A stretch of 62,993 nucleotides of DNA, counting the filler, from Klebsormidium nitens (Eukaryota; Plantae; Klebsormidiophyceae): NCBI GenBank assembly GCA_000708835.1. It is 6 parts of 6 records of this genome, joined end to end, with 100 filler letters (N's around TTAATTAATTAA, not from the genome) between each part and the next. Parts side by side here need not be neighbours in the genome. Positions count along the whole stretch, not along the records: positions 1 to 30,371 come from DF237784.1; 5 more parts are not named here. One strand, 5' to 3'. Positions 1-10,100 of this stretch are shown in pieces (position 1 is the stretch's first letter; each line of letters starts with the position of its first letter). The notes under the pieces were generated by a model. It saw only the letters and a program-made list of their open reading frames with translations, was not told the DNA's origin and searched no databases. The position numbers and the translations under genes were made by a program.

Positions 1-457
1 GACGTTGATTGATTTCCTCCAACGTTCTCCAGTTTTTGAATTCCCTCTCCGTCATCTGTTGGGCTGGCCTGGCATCGTCCATGAGCTTCCTTACGGCAGT
101 ATACCTGTTATACAAGGCCTCGTAGATCTGTTGCTCGCCAGGCCATAGCTTGCGTGCTATGACCAAAAGTGGGTTTAGGTAGGTTGCTTGTGTTGGAAGC
201 TTGGTGGAATAAGTCCTCTCCAGATACTCAATAATTCTAGCCGTATCTCTCACCCAGTCGAGGCTATCAAAATCCTCCTTTGGAGCGTACATACCCTTGA
301 ATAAGCGTTGTACACGTGTACAGTACTGATTAATTGTGAAGGGCTTTCTTGTGCCATCATCAAACACAGTGTGAAGCAATCGCTCAGCTGTTGAAACTGT
401 AGTTATAACCTTTATGTCGGCCTTTAAAGCTCCCATGCTTGGGGTATCTAGATACAT
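1..457 (-). CDS. N-terminal half of a PLV/virophage-type (OLV11-like) tyrosine recombinase, copy A; runs off the left window edge
   Basis: Manual translation from ATG 457 is open to the edge: MYLDTPSMGALKADIKVITTVSTAERLLHTVFDDGTRKPFTINQYCTRVQRLFKGMYAPKEDFDSLDWVRDTARIIEYLERTYSTKLPTQATYLNPLLVIARKLWPGEQQIYEALYNRY...QMTEREFKNWRTLEEINQ. It is collinear with 42235-42876, whose continuation carries LCLYTYSPAVRNDY, the first catalytic Arg motif of this recombinase family (recognised from memory). Confidence 0.7.
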   Translation of the reverse strand, partial: MYLDTPSMGALKADIKVITTVSTAERLLHTVFDDGTRKPFTINQYCTRVQRLFKGMYAPKEDFDSLDWVRDTARIIEYLERTYSTKLPTQATYLNPLLVIARKLWPGEQQIYEALYNRYTAVRKLMDDARPAQQMTEREFKNWRTLEEINQR

Positions 458-698
458 TGATAAAAATGTTGACCAGCAACCGACCGCGGGCGGCCTAGAT
501 AACGAATATGTATGTACATGAATTTTTTCACCAATTTGATGCACGTAGAAGCTTTTGTTGGTTATCTGGCGCGCAAAAGCTCCTACAACCCGGCAAACGG
601 ATTTCTGATATCGGCCGATATCAGAAATGCTCTTCGCTATCCGCAGATACCTGAATATGGGTGTACATATTTCGTTGAACGAGGCTTTTTAAGCAATT

Positions 699-1250
699 CT
701 AATATCTAGGTGAGGAGCTTTCTGGAGATGCCTCGGTCACGCGAGCCTTCTGTGGATTTGCAAGCATGTCTAAGCCTAATATTGGCTCAATATCATCGGT
801 CCAAGCAACGCTCGGGGCATACCGTGGTGACTCGTAGCATTCCTCATGCTGTTTGTCAGCCGTCGGGAGAGGGCTCTCGATCTCATGCAAAACCTCCCGT
901 GCCTTGGACCGTAAATGACGAGCCCGACGTCTAGCGCGTTGTGCACTGTTCAAGGCAACTCTCCAATCCACTTTGACACCGTAAGGGCCATTCACGCCAG
1001 TCTTGTCCCACCACGCGTTGAAGCCTTCCGCAATGAGGGATCTCACCAGAGCACGAGTTATGTGGTCCAAGTTGAAGGGATGGGTGAGCGCTCGCATGCC
1101 ACCTAAAGCTGCAGCATCTAGGATCGTATTCAATATTCCGAATTCTTGATAACTCCGCACTATTGCGGACCGTGCAGATTCGAGTACATGACGATCCATC
1201 TCGAGGATTGCGGCCCGATTCAATGGGCGATAACCGAGAATTGCATCCAT
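699..1250 (-). CDS. Conserved unknown element ORF (ORF-C), copy A
   Basis: MDAILGYRPLNRAAILEMDRHVLESARSAIVRSY...RSLIAEGFNAWWDKT aligns with 41425-41967 (MDMILGHRPQSRFAILEMDKNVLDLARSAIVRCY...RSLVAEGFNAHWDKT). Both frames are open despite many nucleotide changes. Confidence 0.7.
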   Translation of the reverse strand: MDAILGYRPLNRAAILEMDRHVLESARSAIVRSYQEFGILNTILDAAALGGMRALTHPFNLDHITRALVRSLIAEGFNAWWDKTGVNGPYGVKVDWRVALNSAQRARRRARHLRSKAREVLHEIESPLPTADKQHEECYESPRYAPSVAWTDDIEPILGLDMLANPQKARVTEASPESSSPRY

Positions 1251-1312
1251 GCTGATGAATGTACACGAAGGAAATTCGAAAGCTGTTTGCACATGGCTTG
1301 TGTTGCGTACTC

Positions 1313-2424
1313 CTATGTGCTTCGAGCTACACATCGTTTGAAGGCCTTTGAATCCTTAAATCTCTTCTCTAACTCGATAGTAATCCAGCTCTGCCGAGCT
1401 TCTTTGAGTGCCTTTCTTGATCCCTCCAATGCGCTCTCATAGTCGGCAAACCTCACTAAGTATGCCATGTATTCATTGACGAGCGTCATCTCCACGTTCA
1501 GCCACGCCTTCCAAAGCATACCTCCGGCTTTTTGGGCACTTAATCCGGGTTTGAAACGGTCGGAATTGAGTGGCCCAAAGAGTTGGGTTGCATAGCATGC
1601 TCGAATGATCTCCCAATCCGAGCGGTCAAATGTGTTGCGCTCAAGCTCTCGCCGTATGATGTGATTGTAGAAGCGGGCAAATTGCTGTAGGTGCCTGAGG
1701 CTTCTTCCCTGCATTTGGAAAAAAGACCATTCATGAATATAGCATATGATTGAAAGAGGATGTACACCACCAATTACTCAATATCGATAAATGTACACGT
1801 CCAATAGCTATATAATCGTGTACATCAACCAACATGTTGACAAGCTAACAACAAAATTACTGGGCAACTCACCTCCACCTTGTCCGGATGGAATCGGAGA
1901 GACCATGCAGAATGATTCAAGTGAATCTGCCCGCTATTGAATCTTGCCTTGACCTCTTGGGCGCCAAATTCGGCATCCGCGAGCAGCCATGAGATAGGTG
2001 GTGGCATGTACTCTGGACCCTCGGGCTGGGGCGGTTGTGGGACAGCGGTGATGGCAAGGGCACGGTACTTTGCTATGTGACGCGCGCGAAAGACGGCCCG
2101 TTCTCCCGCGATCGTGGTCCTGTACTTTACAACGGCTGTCTGATTGCTTTCATGTCTCACTTGACGGGCGGCCTCTGGATCTAGACCATGGAACTTTGAG
2201 ACGGGTCGATCGCTCGGCAGCTTTGCCGGCTCGCAGCCAGTCCTCCTACGATGAGCTTCTATGGCTTGCTTCGATGCAAAGCCCTTGCTACAAGTCACGG
2301 ACTGATTCTGTGAGTGCCGCTCGAGGCACACAAAGCAACTGTCATTCTTCTCCCAAAGTTGGGGAGTAGCTTGCGGAATGGGAGGCTCGGGCGAAGCGGT
2401 TGCGGCGTCAGTGAATGTCGCCAT
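1313..2424 (-). CDS. Spliced C2H2-like zinc finger + J-domain-like protein, copy A; exons 2424-1873 and 1708-1313
   Basis: Donor GAG|GTGAGT at 1873/1872 and acceptor TGCAG|GGA at 1709/1708 are both phase 0. The join gives LRFHPDKVE-GRSLRHLQQFARFYNHI. CSKGFASKQAIEAH lies upstream. The same junctions occur in copy B. Confidence 0.7.
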
Positions 2425-2489
2425 AGTGTGACTTATGTGTAGTAGGATTGAGCATTTGGTGCACCTCGCTATTCCCTAAGCTCATGCAA

Positions 2490-3500
2490 AACACTCTCGA
2501 TTCGCCAATAAATATGCCTTGAAAGTTCCTTTGTTGTGCGAAGGCCTCGACAATTTGCACCATCATGCTATACAAGCAAGCCTTCACAACGGTGCATATT
2601 GACGGCTTAGTAGATGTCCTACAACGTGCTCCAAAGAAACTGCGCGGCATGGTTCGAAAGGGCCCCGACAATTTGCACCAGCATGCTATACAAGCAAGCT
2701 TTCACAACGGTGCATATTGACGGCTTCGTAGATGTCCTACAACGTGCTCCAAAGAGATTGCGTGGCATGGTTCGAGAGGGCCCCGACAATTTGCACCGAC
2801 CGTTCTATACAATGAAGATTTCAAGCCAGTGCAAATTATTGTCTGGTTCTCACTATCAACTACAACGTCTGACAAAAGCGGTCGGCATGGTCGGCAGACA
2901 ATTTGCACCAACGGTCCTATACAAATAGGATTTCTATATTGCAACGAAATCCCGACTCATGATTTGTCAACAATCGGAAGTTACATGTATGATCCTCCCG
3001 ATCCTAAAGCTTTGACAAAGTGAACCCATTTATCCCGTGTTAACATTCATGTATAGATCGGCCACTAGGAGTGGTTTCTTCAACCCGAGATTAATCGAGA
3101 ATGTACATCAATCAAGCATGCTTTAATTGATTATGTACACGTTAATGGCCATATAATCGTGTACATCATCTAACATGATGAAGCAAACAAGCCAACAACA
3201 ATGGGCGACTCACCTCCATCTTGTCGGGGTGGAATCATTAGAGACCATGCAGAGTGGCTCTGCGCGGCATGGCTCGAGAGCCGGGCCCAGTCAATTTGCA
3301 TCATCATACTATACAAAGAAGCATCAATAACAATGCAAAATGATGACGGCTTCATGCCATCTCTTACAATACTAATTGGAGAAAGTGTCCGGCATGGGTC
3401 CGTCAATCTGCACCATCATGCTATACAAGGAAGCCTGAATAACAATGCAAAATGACGAAGATCGTGCCATCCCACTTAATATGCATAGTAATGAAGGGCC
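2490..3500 (-). repeat. Degenerate ~120-bp tandem repeats plus a decayed copy of the J-gene exon 1 end and intron start
   Basis: CAATTTGCACCATCATGCTATACAAG-like unit recurs near 2550, 2670, 2790, 2900, 3295 and 3405. 3130-3260 mirrors 1790-1910 (HSAWSLMIPPRQDGGE versus HSAWSLRFHPDKVE). Confidence 0.7.
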
Positions 3501-3619
3501 GCCCGGCCTTCGACCATCCCACTTAATATGCATAGTAATGAACGGTACGAACGTCGTGTCCGAGTGTCCGAGATTTTGACAAAACTTTTTCAACAGCTGC
3601 GGGTATCCGAATCGTTGGG

Positions 3620-3900
3620 CCTGGACCACCCCTCTCAATATGTGCCGATTTTTGTAATTTATCGAGCGACCAGACAGGAAGACAGGACAGACGGGAGTTC
3701 GGTCCAAGTCTCCCGGCCTATCGCGACCATCCCAGCCAATATATTGAACGTTTTATTATTTCCGACCGAACAGACAGGAAGACAGGACAGACGGGAGTTC
3801 GGTCCAAGTCTCCCGGCCTATCGCGACCATACCAGCCAATATGTCGACCCTTTTATAATTTCCGAGCATACAGACAGGAGACGGCACAGACAAGAGTTTG
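3620..3900 (+). repeat. ~100-bp minisatellite with ACAGACAGGAAGACAGGACAG core (about 3 units)
   Basis: Units are directly visible; the same family occurs at 12030-12730 (+) and 39930-40165 (-). Confidence 0.85.
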
Positions 3901-4079
3901 GTCCTCCGGCCGCCTTCATATGACCGGGTGAGAGCAGTGAGAGCAATTTTTGGCAAGGTTGCTTTTACCCGGGCTAACTCGGTTGTCTGGCATGCGTCGC
4001 CCGGTCAATTTATCGGAATATTGTTGATTTATCGCGCCTGAGAGCGGTGAGAGCGATGAGATTGAATTTTGGCAGGGTT

Positions 4080-6872
4080 TCTTTTGGGACCGGGAGGCCC
4101 CTCACTGACTTAGGGACAAGGAGCAGCCCAAGGGGCGGGAGCTGGGCGGGACCGGGAGCGGAGCGGCCGGTGACTACAACCTTAGGGGTAAGCGACCGGC
4201 TGGGCCGAGCGGAGCGGCCGGTGACTACAAGCTTAGGGGTAAGCGACCGGCCTAGACCCTGGCGGGGTGCGAACCGGAGGACTGGGGGCAACCGGAGCGG
4301 AGCGGCCGGGGTTGGTACAAGCTTAGGGGTAAGCAGCCGACCCAAGGGTGGGGCGCACCGGCCGACCCAAGCCCCGGAGGGGGCGTGGGGAAGCCGGAAA
4401 TCAAATCGGATAGCCCTTAGATACATACATATTAGCAAAGTTGCCGGGGGTCAAACACTCTCGTACTGTAATCTGTTATAAAAATTTTCTTCTGGACAGA
4501 GGAAAAAAATTATAACAGATTAGCAGTACGACTTTTGTCTTTGGGGACCTCGTTGCGAATATGTATGTAGTAAGGCCATACCCAAAAAGATAGTAAACAC
4601 TAATATTTATTCTTTTAGAAAGTCAATTATAATATTTACTATCTTTTTGGGTATACCCTTAGATACATACATATTCGCAACGAGGTCCCCAAGGACAAAA
4701 GTCGTACTGCTAATCTGTTATATTTTTTTCCCTCTGTCCAGAAGAAAAATATAACAGATAAGCAGTAGGACTTTTGTCCTTTGGGACCTCCTTGCGAATA
4801 TGTATGTAGTAAAGCCATACCCAAAAAGATAGTAAGATATTATAATTGACTTTACAGAAGAATAATATAACAGATAAGCAGTACGACTTTTTCCTTTTGG
4901 GACCTTGTTGCGAATATGTATGTAGCAAGGCCATACCCAAAAAGAAAGTAAATATTATAATTGACTTTCCGGAAGAAACATATAACAGATAACTTGTTAC
5001 CCACTTAAGAACAGAAAGCAAAATATCGGCTTTTTGTCTCTAAGTGAGTGCTCGGTGGTCCCAATCAACCACACTTGGGCTCGTACCGGCTTCTTTTTTT
5101 TGGGTCCGGGAGGCCCCTCACCGACTTAGGGATAAAGAACAGTCCGGAAGGGGCGAGAGCTGGGCGGACCGGGAGCGGCCGGGGCGACTACAAGCTTAGG
5201 GGTAAGCGACCGGCCTGGACCGGGGCGGGGTGCGAACCGGAGGAGCGGCCGGGGCGACTACAAGCTTAGGGGTANNNNNNNNNNNNNNNNNNNNNNNNNN
5301 NNNNNNNNNNNNNNNNNNNNNNNNNNNNNNNNNNNNNNNNNNNNNNNNNNNNNNNNNNNNNNNNNNNNNNNNNNNNNNNNNNNNNNNNNNNNNNNNNNNN
5401 NNNNNNNNNNNNNNNNNNNNNNNNNNNNNNNNNNNNNNNNNNNNNNNNNNNNNNNNNNNNNNNNNNNNNNNNNNNNNNNNNNNNNNNNNNNNNNNNNNNN
5501 NNNNNNNNNNNNNNNNNNNNNNNNNNNNNNNNNNNNNNNNNNNNNNNNNNNNNNNNNNNNNNNNNNNNNNNNNNNNNNNNNNNNNNNNNNNNNNNNNNNN
5601 NNNNNNNNNNNNNNNNNNNNNNNNNNNNNNNNNNNNNNNNNNNNNNNNNNNNNNNNNNNNNNNNNNNNNNNNNNNNNNNNNNNNNNNNNNNNNNNNNNNN
5701 NNNNNNNNNNNNNNNNNNNNNNNNNNNNNNNNNNNNNNNNNNNNNNNNNNNNNNNNNNNNNNNNNNNNNNNNNNNNNNNNNNNNNNNNNNNNNNNNNNNN
5801 NNNNNNNNNNNNNNNNNNNNNNNNNNNNNNNNNNNNNNNNNNNNNNNNNNNNNNNNNNNNNNNNNNNNNNNNNNNNNNNNNNNNNNNNNNNNNNNNNNNN
5901 NNNNNNNNNNNNNNNNNNNNNNNNNNNNNNNNNNNNNNNNNNNNNNNNNNNNNNNNNNNNNNNNNNNNNNNNNNNNNNNNNNNNNNNNNNNNNNNNNNNN
6001 NNNNNNNNNNNNNNNNNNNNNNNNNNNNNNNNNNNNNNNNNNNNNNNNNNNNNNNNNNNNNNNNNNNNNNNNNNNNNNNNNNNNNNNNNNNNNNNNNNNN
6101 NNNNNNNNNNNNNNNNNNNNNNNNNNNNNNNNNNNNNNNNNNNNNNNNNNNNNNNNNNNNNNNNNNNNNNNNNNNNNNNNNNNNNNNNNNNNNNGAACCG
6201 GTGGAGCGGCCGGGGCGACTACAAGCTTAGGGGTAAGCAGCCGGGCCAAAAGGTGGGGGCGCACCGGCCGACCCAAGCCCCGGAGGGGGCGTGGGGAAGC
6301 CGGAAATCAAATCGGACAGCCCTTACATACATACATATTAGCAGAGTTGGGGGGGGGGTCAAACGCTCTCGTACTGTAATCTGTTATAATATTTTTCTTC
6401 CGGACAGAGGAAAAAATTATAACAGATTAGCAGTACGACGTTTGTCCTTTGGGACCTCTTTGCGAATATGTATGTAGTAAGGCCATACCCAAAAAGATAG
6501 TAAAATATTATAATTGACTTTCAGAAGAAAAATATAACAGATTAGCAATAGGACCTTTTCCCCTTTCGGGAATGTTGCGAATATGTATGTAGTAAGGCCA
6601 TACCCGAAAAGATAGTAAAATATTATAATTGACTTTCAGAAGAAAAATATAACAGATTAGCAGTATGACCTTTTCCCCTTTCGGGAATGTTGCGAATATG
6701 TATGTAGTAAGGCCATACCATAGATTATTTCATTTCATATTATATGCGACTTTTCAGAAGAAAATATAACAGATAACAGTACAGGTTGTTTCCTTTTGGG
6801 ACTTTTAAGTAAATGTATGTATGTTACCCACTTAGGAACAAAAGGCAAAATATCGGCTTTTGTTCCTAAGTG
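4080..6872 (+). repeat. Tandemly duplicated ~1-kb terminal module: GC-rich GCTTAGGGGTAAGC repeats, 115-bp AT-rich repeats and hairpin
   Basis: Unit 1 spans about 4080-5095 and unit 2 about 5096-6872 (N gap 5275-6194). AATATGTATGTAG starts at 6465, 6580 and 6695 (115-bp period). Confidence 0.85.
6829..6872. other. Perfect 16-bp inverted repeat with 12-nt spacer (candidate recombination or terminal site)
   Basis: CACTTAGGAACAAAAG-gcaaaatatcgg-CTTTTGTTCCTAAGTG. Degenerate relatives at about 5002-5046, 12948-12990, 13499-13545 and, inverted, 39399-39450. Confidence 0.8.
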
Positions 6873-7050
6873 AGTGCCCGGGTGGTCCCAGTCAATCACA
6901 CACTGGTACGTACCGTGAGTCCGGAGAGCTTTCGACCGGGTTGGACCCCTCCACTAGTGACCTGCAACCTTTCTGGGCCGGGGGGCTGACGTGGCGCCCT
7001 CCCAGTGGCCAAAGATTAATGCCGAACTTCATTTGCCTTGCTGATCCGAT
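6873..7050 (+). promoter_or_regulatory. Conserved post-hairpin GC segment upstream of a gene (putative element-borne promoter)
   Basis: Shares GTACGTACCG...CTTTCGACC...GACCTGCA...CTGACRTGGCG...ATGCCGAACTTCATTTG with 13545-13810; weaker match at 43420-43560. Confidence 0.45.
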
Positions 7051-7139
7051 CTGTAGCGCCTACGCTTTCTTAATATTTGGGGCAACTTATCTGCTGACAA
7101 GAGCCGTGTTCCTAGCCAGGTCCTGGCTGTCCGTCCACA

Positions 7140-10100
7140 ATGGCACCCCACATCTGGCTTAAGTCAGATGATATCAAGCCTTGCCAGTTTACAGTAAAAG
7201 ATGGCAAGCTAAATTTAAAACACATATGCACCGTCTTTCAGCTAGACGTGAGCAAGCCGTTGCGCTTGGGCGACTGGTGGCCAGAAGTCACAGCGGATGG
7301 TTGGGCAGAGTATGATGAGGATTGTGCAGTGGGGAAGACGAAGAACACAGCCTCCCCTATAGAGGGAACCTCAAGTGAGTCAGCTACACCTTTGATCGTA
7401 TTTCGGGTTTAATGATTTGAGGCCGTTCTTCATGTAGCCTGCTGAAACTATCATGAGGATTGTCAAGGCTTGCGCATTCCGCGGGAAGAAATGATGTACT
7501 TCGATTTGTATGCTCCTCCCCGGGCTCGAACAGACGAGCAGCTGCAGCAGAGAGAGGATAGGATTAGGAAAGTGAAAGTGAAAGTGACCTGTACCTGGAC
7601 GTTGCCCGCGTGTTTTGTTGCACTGACCTCGGGGAAGGCCTTATTAGAACTTGCTGGAATCGACTAACTGCGTTAGGATGGTCGATTCAGGTGACAATTG
7701 CAAGCAAGCCGCACCGCAAGTATCATCACCTCAAGGAAGTTTTATGTAGGTGTGCAGGATTTCAGATGGATCATTCAACTGATAGCAGTGTCGCTTTACC
7801 TCGGTCTGTGTGAAGTAGATGCTCCTCTGGAAAATTTAACCTCTTTCATTGGCAAGCCTCAACTCTTTACGTACTCCAGCAACATGTCTTCTTGCATGTG
7901 CAGCTGCCAAACACTTGTCCTCCTCATTGTTTGCAGCTCGCCCCGCTCCCATTCCCATTGTGAAGTTCAGCATCAAGAGGACGGGGGGCAAGCCCTTCGA
8001 GTTTTCAATGAGAGCCCCAGTCGAGTGGCCTGCTTTCGAGCAGCGCTTTCGGACTGAATCTGGCTGGGAGGTGGGGCTTTTCAAATTAAGTGCAGAGACG
8101 GGACTGGAAGTCACAGAGGACATGTGGGCTACGCATCTGCGATTGGAAAGTGATGGAAAGGCGGTCGCTGAGGTGAAGCTGGTGGCGGAAAAGCTTGACA
8201 AGGGGTTCTCAAGCTTCTCGCGCACCGATGGGCTGTCCTACCTGGAACTACCAAAGAATTATGTGAGTATATTAAACCGCATGAGCTGCCAAACACCCAT
8301 TCCCAATTGTTGTCTGCATCAATGGTAAGCGATGGGTGCCAAAACGGGCCTGTCTGGATAGCTTGAGACGTTCTTTTACCAAGTAGTAGCCTGATGTTGT
8401 GTCTGTGTTCCTTATCCCGTTTTTTTGCGTTTGAGGTTGATCTCCAGTTTCTTCTTGCAGGTCATGGTTTTTTGAATGAGCAGACATGATGTCAATTTTT
8501 TGGGCTGCTGCCAGCTGCTCTAGCATCTTCAGTGTTTTTGGGTGGCGCTATGGACAGTAAAACGCCCTTGCCAATTCTGCGCAGGTTCCTCTTTCCCTCT
8601 CTTTGCTATTCACTTCTCCTTTTTCCTTCTGAAGTTCGATGCTGATTGGGATTGGTCTGTCACGTGGACGAAAGGCAAGGTTCTGTCTCATTCAAAACGC
8701 GGATCAGTGGCTTGGCAGCATAAACTGAAGTTTCTTCTCGATTGTAGACTGTCCGGAAGGAGCCCAACGTGTTCCAGCGTGAAGCTTTTGGCAACCTCGC
8801 CGACTTGGTCAACCAGCGGCTCAAGGGCTTCGAAAAGTGGACTTTGAAAGAGCTTGTGACGCACTTTGTGAAGGACATCCAGCTCCGCATGCTTGTTTTT
8901 AGGTGAGTGTCAGGTTATCAGTGATCGGCTCTCTTTCCACCTCCTTCAATGCGCTCTCTGTTCTTACCATGGGATAAAAGCATGGTTGCAGTTTTGAGTC
9001 ATCTCCAGAGTCTAACTGTGCTTTGCCTAAAGTGTGTCCCTTTGGTGGCTGTTTCCTTTGGTGCTACTTTCAGTTGGGGGACAAGATGTTTCTACTTGCA
9101 ACTACGGAGTTGGAGACAGGTCAGCTTGTACCTGGACTGTGGATCTGGGGGCATGCCTAGAGGGGTGTTGTACTCGCGGCACTCAAAGAGCGCACCTTAG
9201 AGGTGCTTTTGATCCAAGGAGAGACTTCAGTTGGGAAGGAAACGTGGTCATGAACGCTCCACCTGTAACAGAACAGGCAAGCGTCACTGCATGACTCTAC
9301 CTTCTCATAAAGAAAATTTAGTTTTCAGTGCACTTGAAGACGATGGCAGCTACAGATACAGTGGCCCAGGACACTCAGGGAGAAGCATGCTTGACCTCTT
9401 AAATACACGCTTCTCACTCGATTATTACGCTTTTTGGCTGCGTGCAGTTCTTTCACGATGCAGGGCCTTGAATTAACCCGGAGGGAGCTCATCTCCCCGG
9501 TGCTGATCCTGGCCTCGCTTCTGGCAAAGAGCCAGGTAGAGCTGCGGGCGGAGGCGACCGTACAAGGGTCCTTGGGATGCGGGCCCATTGACTACACCGC
9601 CCTCATAGAACAGGTCCAGATCCTCCTGACAGAGGCGAAGAAGGCTGAGCTCAAAAAAGCGGAGGGCCAAGTGAGACAAACGAGTTTTGTTCAAGGGCTG
9701 CTTCTTAATCCAGACACGGACCTTGAGAGGAAACCTATTTCAGCATGCCAGGTTTCAGAAAGAATTGCTTGCATCTACCTTCAGTGTTGAGCTAGTGCGA
9801 TCACTTGTTTGCACTATCTGTTGCGTTTGCTCTCCGAAGAAAAGTCGATTCGCACTTCTTGCACATGCAGCTGTACGCGGAGATGGCAGCTTCTCGAGAG
9901 GCTCTCGCGAGGGTCATCGACCCGGGCACGAAGAAGCGGAAGTTTGCGGAGCTCGACGAAATCCTCGAAGGGGTAAGACACTTTTGTTCTTGAGCTCTGC
10001 ACAACTTCAAGCCTCGCCTGCCTTATCTCCGTGGCAAGCCCCACGCCAGCATCTTTGAGCTGAGCGGGCTGAAAAAGCACCCATCTCGTTGATGGAATCA

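Noticed and set aside
4180-4335. TTAGGG as interstitial telomere
   Set aside because: Single hexamers embedded in a longer palindromic unit, not tandem telomeric repeats.
4010-4481. ORFs on both strands over the GC-rich repeats
   Set aside because: Translations are repetitive by-products of a non-coding tandem array.
5230-6477. Long ORFs spanning N runs (also 33454-33957 and 43803-44636)
   Set aside because: They are open only because of ambiguous bases.
6829-6900. Helitron 3' end
   Set aside because: No CTRR terminus follows the hairpin and there is no Rep/Pif1 helicase; the associated enzymes are a tyrosine recombinase and an SF3 helicase.
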